The translations under genes were made by a program, and so were the position numbers. A stretch of DNA of 64,000 nt from Balanoglossus misakiensis (taxonomy: Eukaryota; Animalia; Hemichordata): positions 14,484,550 to 14,548,549 of the forward strand of contig CM082579.2 in the NCBI GenBank assembly GCA_040954595.2, in the 5' to 3' direction. Positions 39,101 to 52,700 of this stretch are shown piece by piece (the stretch's first letter is position 1; every line of letters starts with the position of its first letter). The notes under the pieces were generated by a model. It did not search any database. It had not been told where the DNA came from and saw nothing but the letters and a program-made list of their open reading frames with translations.

Positions 39101-42100
39101 AATGATTGGTGAAAATCATCAAAAAATGACAAATTTTCGTCTTTGCAAAATCTCAAAATTTCGTCCATTTTTGAAAAAAAATCATGGGTAAAAATCATCA
39201 AAAATGACAAATTTTCGTCTTTGCAAAATCTCAAATTTTCGTCGATTTTTGAAAAAAATCATGGGTGAAAATCATCAAAAAATGACAAATTTTGAAAAAA
39301 AAACGGGTGAAAATCATCAAAAAATGACACATTTACTACTTTGCAAAATCTCAAAATTTCGTCGATTTTTGAAAAAAAAACCGGGTGAAAATCATCAAAA
39401 AATGACACATTTACGACTTTGCAAAATCTCAAAATTTCGTCGATTTTTGAAAAAAAATCATGGGTGAAAATCATCAAAAAATGACAAATTTTGAAAAAAA
39501 CGGGTGAAAATCATCAAAAAATGACACATTTTCGTCGACTTTGCAAAATCTCAAAATTTCGTCGATTTTTGAAAAAAAATCATGGGGGAAAATCATGAAA
39601 AAAATGACAAATTTTCCTCTTTGCAAAATCTCAAAATTTCGTCGATTTTTAAAAAAAAGACATGGGTGAAAATCATCAAAAAATAACAAATTTTCGACTT
39701 TGCAAAATCTCAAAATTTCGTCCATTTTTGAAAAAAAATCATGGGTAAAAATCATCAAAAAATGACAAATTTTGAAAAAAAAACGGGTGAAAATCATCAA
39801 AAAATGACACATTTTCGACTTTGCAAAATCTCAAAATTTCGTCAATTTTTGAAAAAAAATCATGGGTGAAAATCATCAAAAAATGACAAATTTTCGTCTT
39901 TGCAAAATCTCAAAATTTCGTCCATTTCTGAAAGAAAATTATGGGTAAAAATCATCAAAAATGACAAATTTTCATCTTTGCAAAATCTCAAATTTTCGTC
40001 GATTTTTGAAAAAAAATCATGGTTGAAAATCATCAAAAAATGACAAAATTTTCGACTTTGAAAAATCTCAAAATTTGGTCGATTTTTGAAAAAAATCATG
40101 GGGGAAAATCATGAAAAAATGACAAATTCTCCTCTTTGCAAAATCTCAAAATTTCGTCGATTTTTGAAAAAAAATCATGGGTGAAAATCATCAAAAAATG
40201 ACAAATTTTCGTCTTTGCAAAATCTCAAAATTTCGTCCATTTTTGAAAAAAATCACGGGTGAAAATCATCAAAAAATGACAAAATTTTCGACTTTGTAAA
40301 ATCACAAAATTTCGTCGATTTTTGAAAAAAATCATGGGGGAAAATCATGAAAAAATGACAAATTTTCCTCTTTGCAAAATCTCAATATTTCGTCGATTTT
40401 TGAAAAAAAATCATGGGTGAAAATCATCAAAAAATGACAAATTTTCGTCTTTGCAAAATCTCAAAATTTCGTCCATTTTTGAAAAAAAATCATGGGTAAA
40501 AATCATCAAAAATGACAAATTTTCGTCTTTGCAAAATCTCAAATTTTCGTCGATTTTTGAAAAAAAATCATGGTTGAAAATCATCAAAAAATGACAAAAT
40601 TTTCGACTTTGTAAAATCACAAAATTTCGTCGATTTTGAAAAAAATCATAGGTTCGTCGATTTTTAAAAAAAAAAACATGAGTGAAAATCATCAAAAAAT
40701 GACAAATTTTGAAAAAAAACGGTTGAAAATCATCAAAAAATGACACATTTTCGTCGACTTTGCAAAATCTCAAAATTTCGTCGATTTTTGAAAAAAATCA
40801 TGGGGGAAAATCATGAAAAAATGACAAATTTTCCTCTTTGCAAAATCTCAAAATTTCGTCGATTTTTAAAAAAAGACATGGGTGAAAATCATCAAAAAAT
40901 AACAAATTTTCGACTTTGCAAAACCTCAAAATTTCGTCCATTTTTGAAAAAAAATCATGGGTAAAAATCATCAAAAAATGACAAATTTTCGTCTTTGCAA
41001 AATCTAACAATTTCGTCGATTTTTGAAAAAAATCATGTGTGAAAATCATCAAAAAATGACAAATTTTCGACTTTGCAAAACCTCAAAATTTCGTCCATTT
41101 TTGAAAAAAAATCATGGGTAAAAATCATCAAAAAATGACAAATTTTCGTCTTTGCAAAATCTCACAATTTCGTCGATTTTTGAAAAAAATCATGTGTGAA
41201 AATCATCAAAAAATGACAAATTTTCGACTTTGCAAAATCTCAAAATTTCGTCAATTTTTGAAAAAATCATGGGTGAAAATCATCAAAAATAACAAATTTT
41301 CGTCTTTGCAAAATCTCAAAATTTCGTCCATTTAAAAAAAAAAACATGGGGGAAAATCATCAAAAAATGACAAATTTCGACTTTGCAAAATCTCAAAATT
41401 TCGTCGATTTTTGAAAAAAATCATGGGTGAAAATCATCAAAAAATGACAAATTTTCGACTTTGCAAAATCTCAAAATTTCGTCAATTTTTGAAAAAAATC
41501 ATGGGAGAAAATCATCAAAAAATGACAAATTTTGAAAAAAAAAACGGGTGAAAATCATCAAAAAATGACACATTTTCCTCTGCAAAATCTCAAAATTTCG
41601 TCGTTTTTTGAAAAAAAATCATTGGTGAAAATCATCAAAAAATGACAAATTTTCGTCTTTGGAAAAAAAATCATGGGTAAAAATCATCAAAAATGACAAA
41701 TTTTCGTCTTTGCAAAATCACAAATTTTCGTCGATTTTTGAAAAAAATCATGGGGGAAAATCATGAAAAAATGACAAATATTCCTCTTTGCAAAATCTCA
41801 AAATTTCGTCGATTTTTGAAAAAAATCATGGGTGAAAATCATGAAAAAATGACAAATTTTCCTCTTTGCAAAATCTCAAAATTTCGTCGTTTTTTGAAAA
41901 AAAATCATGGGTGAAAATCATCAAAAAATGACAAATTTTCGTCTTTGCAAAATCTCAAAATTTCGTCCATTTTTGAAAAAAATTCATGGGTAAAAATCAT
42001 CAAAAAATGACAAATTTTCGTCTTTGCAAAATCTCACAATTTCGTCGATTTTTGAAAAAAATCATGTGTGAAAATCATCAAAAAATGACAAATTTTCGAC

Positions 42101-45100
42101 TTTGCAAAATCTCAAAATTTCGTCAATTTTTGAAAAAATCATGGGTGAAAATCATCAAAAAATAACAAATTTTCGTCTTTGCAAAATCTCAAAATTTCGT
42201 CCATTTAAAAAAAAAAACATGGGGGAAAATCATCAAAAAATGACAAATTTTCGACTTTGCAAAATCTCAAAATTTCGTCGATTTTTGAAAAAAATCATGG
42301 GTGAAAATCATCAAAAAATGACAAATTTTCGACTTTGCAAAATCTCAAAATTTCGTCAATTTTTGAAAAAAATCATGTGTGAAAATCATCAAAAAATGAC
42401 AAATTTTCGTCTTTGCAAAATCTCAAAATTTCGTCCATTTTTGAAAAAAAATCATGGGTAAAAATCATCAAAAATGACAAATTTTCGTCTTTGCAAAATC
42501 TCAAATTTTCGTCGATTTTTGAAAAAAATCATGGGGGAAAATCATGAAAAAATGACAAATATTCCTCTTTGCAAAATCTCAAAATTTCGTCGATTTTTGA
42601 AAAAAATCATGGGGAAAATGATCAAAAAATGACAAATTTTCGACTGCAAAAACTCAAAATTTCGTCAATTTTGAAAAAAATCATGGGTGAAAATCATCAA
42701 AAAATGACAAATTTCCTCTTTGCAAAATCTATAAATTTCGTCGATTTTTGAAAAATTTTCGTCTTTGCAAAATCTCAAATTTTCGTCGATTTTTGAAAAA
42801 AATCATGGGGGAAAATCATGAAAAAATGACAAATTTTCCTCTTTGCAAAATCTCAAAATTTCGTCGATTTTTTGAAAAAAATCATGGGTGAAAATCATGA
42901 AAAAATGACAAATTTTCCTCTTTGCAAAATCTCAAAATTTCGTCGATTTTTGAAAAAAATCATGGGTGAAAATCATGAAAAAATGACAAATTTTCCTCTT
43001 TGCAAAATCTCAAAATTTCGTCGATTTTTGAAAAAAAATCATGGGTGAAAATCATCAAAAAATGACAAATTTTCGACTGCAAAAACTCAAAATTTCGTCA
43101 ATTTTGAAAAAAATCATGGGTGAAAATCATCAAAAAATGACAAATTTCCTCTTTGCAAAATCTATAAATTTCGTCGATTTTTGAAAAATTTTCGTCTTTG
43201 CAAAATCTCAAATTTTCGTCGATTTTTGAAAAAAATCATGGGGGAAAATCATGAAAAAATGACAAATTTTCCTCTTTGCAAAATCTCACAATTTCGTCGA
43301 TTTTTGAAAAAAATCATGTGTGAAAATCATGAAAAAATGACAAATTTTCCTCTTTGCAAAATCTCAAAATTTCGTCGTTTTTTGAAAAAAAATCATGGGT
43401 GAAAATCATCAAAAAATAACAAATTTTCGTCTTTGCAAAATCTCAAAATTTCGTCCATTTAAAAAAAAAAACATGGGGGAAAATCATCAAAAAATGACAA
43501 ATTTTCGACTTTGCAAAATCTCAAAATTTCGTCGATTTTTGAAAAAAATCATGGGTGAAAATCATCAAAAAATGACAAATTTTCGACTTTGCAAAATCTC
43601 AAAATTTCGTCAATTTTTGAAAAAAATCATGTGTGAAAATCATCAAAAAATGACAAATTTTCGTCTTTGCAAAATCTCAAAATTTCGTCCATTTTTGAAA
43701 AAAAATCATGGGTAAAAATCATCAAAAATGACAAATTTTCGTCTTTGCAAAATCTCAAATTTTCGTCGATTTTTGAAAAAAATCATGGGGGAAAATCATG
43801 AAAAAATGACAAATATTCCTCTTTGCAAAATCTCAAAATTTCGTCGATTTTTGAAAAAAATCATGGGGAAAATGATCAAAAAATGACAAATTTTCGACTG
43901 CAAAAACTCAAAATTTCGTCAATTTTGAAAAAAATCATGGGTGAAAATCATCAAAAAATGACAAATTTCCTCTTTGCAAAATCTATAAATTTCGTCGATT
44001 TTTGAAAAATTTTCGTCTTTGCAAAATCTCAAATTTTCGTCGATTTTTGAAAAAAATCATGGGGGAAAATCATGAAAAAATGACAAATTTTCCTCTTTGC
44101 AAAATCTCAAAATTTCGTCGATTTTTGAAAAAAATCATGGGTGAAAATCATGAAAAAATGACAAATTTTCCTCTTTGCAAAATCTCAAAATTTCGTCGAT
44201 TTTTGAAAAAAATCATGGGTGAAAATCATGAAAAAATGACAAATTTTCCTCTTTGCAAAATCTCAAAATTTCGTCGATTTTTGAAAAAAAATCATGGGTG
44301 AAAATCATCAAAAAATGACAAATTTTCGACTGCAAAAACTCAAAATTTCGTCAATTTTGAAAAAAATCATGGGTGAAAATCATCAAAAAATGACAAATTT
44401 CCTCTTTGCAAAATCTATAAATTTCGTCGATTTTTGAAAAATTTTCGTCTTTGCAAAATCTCAAATTTTCGTCGATTTTTGAAAAAAATCATGGGGAAAA
44501 TCATGAAAAAATGACAAATTTTCCTCTTTGCAAAATCTCAAAATTTCGTCGATTTTTGAAAAAAATCATGGGTGAAAATCATGAAAAAATGACAAATTTT
44601 CCTCTTTGCAAAATCTCAAAATTTCGTCGTTTTTTGAAAAAAAATCATGGGTGAAAATCATCAAAAAATGACAAATTTTCGTCTTTGCAAAATCTCAAAA
44701 TTTCGTCCATTTTTGAAAAAAATTCATGGGTAAAAATCATCAAAAATGACAAATTTTCGTCTTTGCAAAATCTCAAATTTTCGTCGATTTTTGAAAAAAA
44801 ATCATGGTTGAAAATCATCAAAAAATGACAAATTTTCGTCTTTGCAAAATCTCAAAATTTCGTCCATTTTTGAAAAAAAATCATGTGTAAAAATCATCAA
44901 AAATGACAAATTTTCGACTTTGCAAAATCTCAAAATTTCGTCAATTTTTGAAAAAAATCATGGGAGAAAATCATCAAAAAATGACAAATTTTGAAAAAAA
45001 AAAAACGGGTGAAAATCATCAAAAAATTACACATTTTCCTCTGCAAAATCTCAAAATTTCGTCGTTTTTTTGAAAAAAAATCATTGGTGAAAATCATCAA

Positions 45101-46759
45101 AAAATGACAAATTTTCGTCTTTGCAAAATCTCAAAATTTCGTCCATTTTTGAAAAAAAATCATGGGTAAAAATCATCAAAAATGACAAATTTTCGTCTTT
45201 GCAAAATCTCAAATTTTCGTCGATTTTTGAAAAAAATCATGGGGGAAAATCATGAAAAAATGACAAATTTTCCTCTTTGCAAAATCTCAAAATTTCGTCG
45301 ATTTTTGAAAAAAATCATGGGTGAAAATCATGAAAAAATGACAAATTTTCGTCTTTGCAAAATCTCAAAATTTCGTCCATTTTTGAAAAAAAATCATGGG
45401 TAAAAATCATCAAAAATGACAAATTTTCGTCTTTGCAAAATCTCAAATTTTCGTCGATTTTGAAAAAAATCATGGGGGAAAATCATCAAAAAATGACAAA
45501 TTTTCGTCTTTGCAAAATCTCAAAATTTCGTCCATTTTTGAAAAAAATTCATGGGTAAAAATCATCAAAAATGACAAATTTTCGTCTTTGCAAAATCTCA
45601 AATTTTCGTCGATTTTTGAAAAAAAATCATGGTTGAAAATCATCAAAAAATGACAAATTTTCGTCTTTGCAAAATCTCAAAATTTCGTCCATTTTTGAAA
45701 AAAAATCATGTGTAAAAATCATCAAAAATGACAAATTTTCGACTTTGCAAAATCTCAAAATTTCGTCAATTTTGAAAAAAATCATGGGAGAAAATCATCA
45801 AAAAATGACAAATTTTGAAAAAAAAAAAACGGGTGAAAATCATCAAAAAATTACACATTTTCCTCTGCAAAATCTCAAAATTTCGTCGTTTTTTGAAAAA
45901 AAATCATTGGTGAAAATCATCAAAAAATGACAAATTTTCGTCTTTGCAAAATCTCAAAATTTCGTCCATTTTTGAAAAAAAATCATGGGTAAAAATCATC
46001 AAAAATGACAAATTTTCGTCTTTGCAAAATCTCAAATTTTCGTCGATTTTTGAAAAAAATCATGGGGAAAATCATGAAAAAATGACAAATTTTCCTCTTT
46101 GCAAAATCTCAAAATTTCGTCGATTTTTGAAAAAAATCATGGGTGAAAATCATGAAAAAATGACAAATTTTCGTCTTTGCAAAATCTCAAAATTTCGTCC
46201 ATTTTTGAAAAAAAATCATGGGTAAAAATCATCAAAAATGACAAATTTTCGTCTTTGCAAAATCTCAAATTTTCGTCGATTTTTGAAAAAAATCATGGGG
46301 GAAAATCATGAAAAAATGACAAATTTTGAAAAAAAAAAACTGGTGAAAATCATCAAAAAATGACACATTTACGACTTTGCAAAATCTCAAAATTTCGTCG
46401 ATTTTTGAAAAAAAATCATGGGTGAAAATCATCAAAAAATGACAAATTTTCGTCTTTGCAAAATCTCAAAATTTCGTCCATTTTTGAAAAAAAATCATGG
46501 GTAAAATTCATCAAAAATGACAAATTTTCGTCTTTGCAAAATCTCAAATTTTCGTCGATTTTTGAAAAAAAATCATGGTTGAAAATCATCAAAAAATGAC
46601 AAAATTTTCGACTTTGTAAAATCACAAAATTTCGTCGATTTTTGAAAAAAAATCATGGGGGAAAATCATGAAAAAATGACAAATTTTCCTCTTTGCAAAA
46701 TCTCAAAATTTCGTCGATTTTTGAAAAAAAATCATGGGTGAAAATCATCAAAAAATGAC

Positions 46760-49700
46760 AAATTTTCGACTGCAAAATTTCAAAATTTCGTCAATTTTGA
46801 AAAAATCATGGGTGAAAATCATCAATTTATGACAAATTTTCGACTGCAAAAACTCAAAATTTCATCAATTTTGAAAAAAATCATGGGTGAAAATCATCAA
46901 AAAATGACAAATTTCCTCTTTGCAAAATCTATAAATTTCGTCGATTTTTGAAAAATTTTCAACTTTGCAAAATCTCAAAATTTCGTCGATTTTTGAAAAA
47001 ATCATGGGGAAAATCATCAAAAAATGACAAATTTTCGACTGCAAAATCTCAAAATTTCGTCGATTTTTGAAATAAATCATTGTTGAAAATTATCAAAAAT
47101 TGACAAATTTTCCTTTTTGCAAAATCTCAAAATTTCGTCGATTTTTTGAAAAAAGACGGGTGAAAATCATCTAAAAATGACAAATTTTCGACTTTGCAAA
47201 ATCTCAAAATTTCGTTGATTTTTGAAAAAAATCATGGGGGAAAATCATCAAAAATGACAAATTTACGACTACAAAATCTCAAAATTTCGTCGATTTGTGA
47301 AAAAAAATCATGGGTGAAAATCATCAAAAAATGACAAATTTTTGACTTTGCACAATCTCAAAATTTCGTCAATTTTAAAAAAAAACATGGGTGAAAATCA
47401 TCAAAAAATGACAAATTTTCGACTTTGCAAAATCTGAAAATTTCATCGATTTTTGAAAAAATCATGGGTGAAAATCATGAAAAAATGACAAATTTTCGAC
47501 TTTGCAAAATCTCAAAATTTCGTCGATTTTTGAAGAAAATCATGGGTGAAAATCATCAAAAATGACAAATTTTCGACTTTGCAAAATCTCAAAATTTCGT
47601 CGATTTTTGAAAAAAATCATGGGGGAAAATCATCAAAAATGACAAATTTTCGACTGCAAAATCTCAAAATTTCGTCGATTTTTGAAAAAATCTTGGGTGA
47701 AAATCATGAAAAAATGACAAATTTTCGACTTTGCAAAATCTGAAAATTTCGTCGATTTTTGAAAAAAATCATGGGGGAAAATGATCTAAAAATGACAAAT
47801 TTTCGACTTTGCAAAATCTCAAAATTTCGTCGATTTTTGAAGAAAATCAAGGGTGAAAATCATCAAAAAATGACAAATTTTCGACTTTGCAAAATCTCAA
47901 AATTTCGTCGATTTTTGAAAAAAATCATGGGGAAAATGATCAAAAAATGACAAATTTTCGACTGCAAAATTTCAAAATTTCGTCAATTTTGAAAAAATCA
48001 TGGGTGAAAATCATCAAAAAATGACAAATTTTCGACTGCAAAATCTCAAAATTTCGTCGATTTTTGAAAAAAAAAACGGGTGAAAATCATCAAAAAATGA
48101 CAAATTTTCGACTGCAAAAACTCAAAATTTCGTCAATTTTGAAAAAAATCATGGGTGAAAATCATCAAAAAATGACAAATTTTCCTCTTTGCAAAATCTA
48201 TAAATTTCGTCGATTTTTGAAAAATTTTCAACTTTGCAAAATCTCAAAATTTCGTCGATTTTTGGAAAAAAATCATGGGGGAAAATCATCAAAAAATGAC
48301 AAATTTTCGACTGCAAAATCTCAAAATTTCGTCGATTTTTGAAATAAATCATTGTTGAAAATTATCAAAAAATGACAAATTTTCCTCTTTACAAAATCAC
48401 AAAATTTCGTCGATTTTTTGAAAAAAGACGGGTGAAAATCATCAAAAAATGACAAATTTTCGACTGCAAAAACTCAAAATTTCGTCAATTTTGAAAAAAA
48501 TCATGGGTGAAAATCATCAAAAAATGACAAATTTTCCTCTTTGCAAAATCTATAAATTTCGTCGATTTTTGAAAAATTTTCAACTTTGCAAAATCTCAAA
48601 ATTTCGTCGATTTTTGGAAAAAAATCATGGGGGAAAATCATCAAAAAATGACAAATTTTTTACTGCAAAATCTCAAATTTTCGTCGATTTTTTAAAAAAT
48701 TGTTGAAAATCATCAAAAAATGACAAATTTTTGACTGCAAAATCTCAAAATTTCGTCGATTTTTGAAAAAATATCATTGTTGAAAATCATCAAAAAATGA
48801 CAAATTTTCCTCTTTGCAAAATCTCAAAATTTCGTCGATTTTTGAAAAAAGACATGGGTGAAAATCATCAAAAAATGACAAATTTTCGACTTTGCAAAAT
48901 CTCAAAATTTCGTCGATTTTTGAAAAAATCATGGGTGAAAATCATGAAAAAATGACAAATTTTCGACTTTGCAAAATCTGAAAATTTCGTCGATTTTTGA
49001 AAAAAATCATGGGGGAAAATGATCAAAAAATGACAAATTTTCGACTGCAAAATCTCAAAATTTCGTCAATTTTGAAAAAAATCATGGTCGAAAATCATCA
49101 AATAATGACAATTTTTTTACTGCAAAATCTCAAAATTTCATCGATTTTTGAAAAAAATCATGGGTGAAAATCATCAAAAAATGACAAATTTTCGACTTTG
49201 CAAAATCTCAAAATTTCGTCGATTTTTGAAGAAAATCAAGGGTGAAAATCATCAAAAAATGACAAATTTTCGACTTTGCAAAATCTCAAAATTTCGTCGA
49301 TTTTTGAAAAAAATCATGGGGAAAATGATCAAAAAATGACAAATTTTCGACTGCAAAATTTCAAAATTTCGTCAATTTTGAAAAAATCATGGGTGAAAAT
49401 CATCAAAAAATGACAAATTTTCGACTGCAAAATCTCAAAATTTCGTCGATTTTTGAAAAAAAAACGGGTGAAAATCATCAAAAAATTACAAATTTTCGAC
49501 TGCAAAAACTCAAAATTTCGTCAATTTTGAAAAAAATCATGGGTGAAAATCATCAAAAAATGACAAATTTTCCTCTTTGCAAAATCTATAAATTTCGTCG
49601 ATTTTTGAAAAATTTTCAACTTTGCAAAATCTCAAAATTTCGTCGATTTTTGAAAAAAATCATGGGGGAAAATCATCAAAAAATGACAAATTTTCGACTG

Positions 49701-52700
49701 CAAAATCTCAAAATTTCGTCGATTTTTGAAATAAATCATTGTTGAAAATTATCAAAAAATGACAAATTTTCCTCTTTGCAAAATCTCAAAATTTCGTCGA
49801 TTTTTTGAAAAAAGACGGGTGAAAATCATCTAAAAATGACAAATTTTCGACTTTGCAAAATCTTAAAATTTCGTCGATTTTTTGAAAAAAAATCATGGGT
49901 GAAAATCATCAAAAAATGACAAATTTTCGACTTTGCAAAATCTCAAAATTTCGTTGATTTTTGAAAAAAATCATGGGGGAAAATCATCAAAAAATGACAA
50001 ATTTTCGTCTTTGCAAAATCTCAAAATTTCGTCCATTTTTGAAAAAAATTATGGGTGAAAATCATCAAAAATGACAAATTTTCATCTTTGCAAAATCTCA
50101 AATTTTCGTCGATTTTTGCAAAAAAATCATGGTTGAAAATCATCAAAAGATGACAAATTTTCCTCTTTGCAAAATCTCAAAATTTCGTCGATTTTTGAAA
50201 AAAAATGGGTGAAAATCATCAAAAAATGACACATTTTCGTCGACTTTGCAAAATCTCAAAATTTCGTCGATTTTGAAAAAAATCATAGGTTCGTCGATTT
50301 TTTAAAAAAAACATGGGTGAAAATCATCAAAAAATGACAAATTTAAAAAAAAACGGGTGAAAATCATCAAAAAATGACACATTTACGACTTTGCAAAATC
50401 TCAAAATTTCGTCGATTTTTGAAAAAAAATCATGGGTGAAAATCATCAAAAAATGACAAATTTTCGTCTTTGCAAAATCTCAAAATTTCGTCCATTTTTG
50501 AAAAAAAATCATGGGTAAAAATCATCAAAAATGACAAATTTTCGTCTTTGCAAAATCTCAAACTTTCGTCCATTTTTAAAAAAAAATCATGGGTGAAAAT
50601 CATCAAAAAATGACAAATTTTCGTCTTTGCAAAATCTAAAAATTTCGTCCATTTTTGAAAAAAAAATCATGGGTAAAAATCATCAAAAATGACAAATTTT
50701 CGTCTTTGCAAAATCTCAAATTTTCGTCGATTTTTGAAAAAAAATCATGGTTGAAAATCATCAAAAAATGACAAAATTTTCGACTTTGTAAAATCACAAA
50801 ATTTCGTCGATTTTGAAAAAAATCATAGGTTCGTCGATTTTTTAAAAAAAAACATGGGTGAAAATCATCAAAAAATGACAAATTTAAAAAAAAAACGGGT
50901 GAAAATCATCAAAAAATGACACATTTACGACTTTGCAAAATCTCAAAATTTCGTCGATTTTTGAAAAAAAATCATGGGTGAAAATCATCAAAAATGACAA
51001 ATTTTCGTCTTTGCAAAATCTCAAACTTTCGTCCATTTTTGAAAAAAAATCATGGGTGAAAATCATCAAAAATGACAAATTTTCGTCTTTGCAAAATCTC
51101 AAAATTTCGTCCATTTCTGAAAAAAAATTATGGGTAAAAATCATCAAAAAATGACAAAATTTTCGACTTTGCAAAATCTCAACATTTCGTCGATTTTTGA
51201 AAAAAATCATGGGTGAAAATCATCAAAAAATGACAAATTTTCGACTGCAAAATCTCAAAATTTCGTCGATTTTTGAAATAAATCATTGTTGAAAATTATC
51301 AAAAATTGACAAATTTTCCTTTTTGCAAAATCTCAAAATTTCGTCGATTTTTTGAAAAAAGACGGGTGAAAATCATCTAAAAATGACAAATTTTCGACTT
51401 TGCAAAATCTCAAAATTTCGTTGATTTTTGAAAAAAATCATGGGGGAAAATCATCAAAAATGACAAATTTACGACTACAAAATCTCAAAATTTCGTCGAT
51501 TTGTGAAAAAAAATCATGAGTGAAAATCATCAAAAAATGACAAATTTTTGACTTTGCACAATCTCAAAATTTCGTCAATTTTGAAAAAAAACATGGGTGA
51601 AAATCATCAAAAAATGACAAATTTTCGACTTTGCAAAATCTGAAAATTTCATCGATTTTTGAAAAAATCATGGGTGAAAATCATCAAAAAATGACAATTT
51701 TTTTACTGCAAAATCTCAAAATTTGATCGATTTTTGAAAAAAATCATGGGTGAAAATCATCAAAAAATGACAAATTTTCGTCTTTGCAAAATCTCAAAAT
51801 TTCGTCGATTTTTGAAGAAAATCAAGGGTGAAAATCATCAAAAAATGACAAATTTTCGACTTTGCAAAATCTCAAAATTTCGTCGATTTTTGAAAAAAAT
51901 CATGGGGAAAATGATCAAAAAATGACAAATTTTCGACTGCAAAATTTCAAAATTTCGTCAATTTTGAAAAAATCATGGGTGAAAATCATCAAAAAATGAC
52001 AAATTTTCGACTGCAAAATCTCAAAATTTCGTCGATTTTTGAAAAAAAAAACGGGTGAAAATCATCAAAAAATGACAAATTTTCGACTGCAAAAACTCAA
52101 AATTTCGTCAATTTTGAAAAAAATCATGGGTGAAAATCATCAAAAAATGACAAATTTTCCTCTTTGCAAAATCTATAAATTTCGTCGATTTTTGAAAAAT
52201 TTTCAACTTTGCAAAATCTCAAAATTTCGTCGATTTTTGAAAAAAATCATGGGGGAAAATCATCAAAAAATGACAAATTTTCGACTGCAAAATCTCAAAA
52301 TTTCGTCGAGTTTTGAAATAAATCATTGTTGAAAATTATCAAAAAATGACAAATTTTCCTCTTTACAAAATCACAAAATTTCGTCGATTTTTTGAAAAAA
52401 GACGGGTGAAAATCATCTAAAAATGACAAATTTTCGACTTTGCAAAATCTCAAAATTTCGTTGATTTTTGAAAAAAATCATGGGTGAAAATCATCAAAAA
52501 ATGACAAATTTTCGACTTTGCAAAATCTCAAAATTTTGCCAATTTTGAAAAAATCATGGGTGAAAATCATCAAAAAATGACAAATTTTTTACTGCAAAAT
52601 CTCAAATTTTCGTCGATTTTTTAAAAAAATTGTTGAAAATCATCAAAAAATGACAAATTTTTGACTGCAAAATCTCAAAATTTCGTCGATTTTTGAAAAA

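Noticed and set aside
48053-48082. CENP-B-box-like TTCG...CGGG motif
   Set aside because: The canonical box needs TTCG-N4-A-N2-CGGG, i.e. 7 nt between the blocks. Here the blocks are about 20 nt apart.
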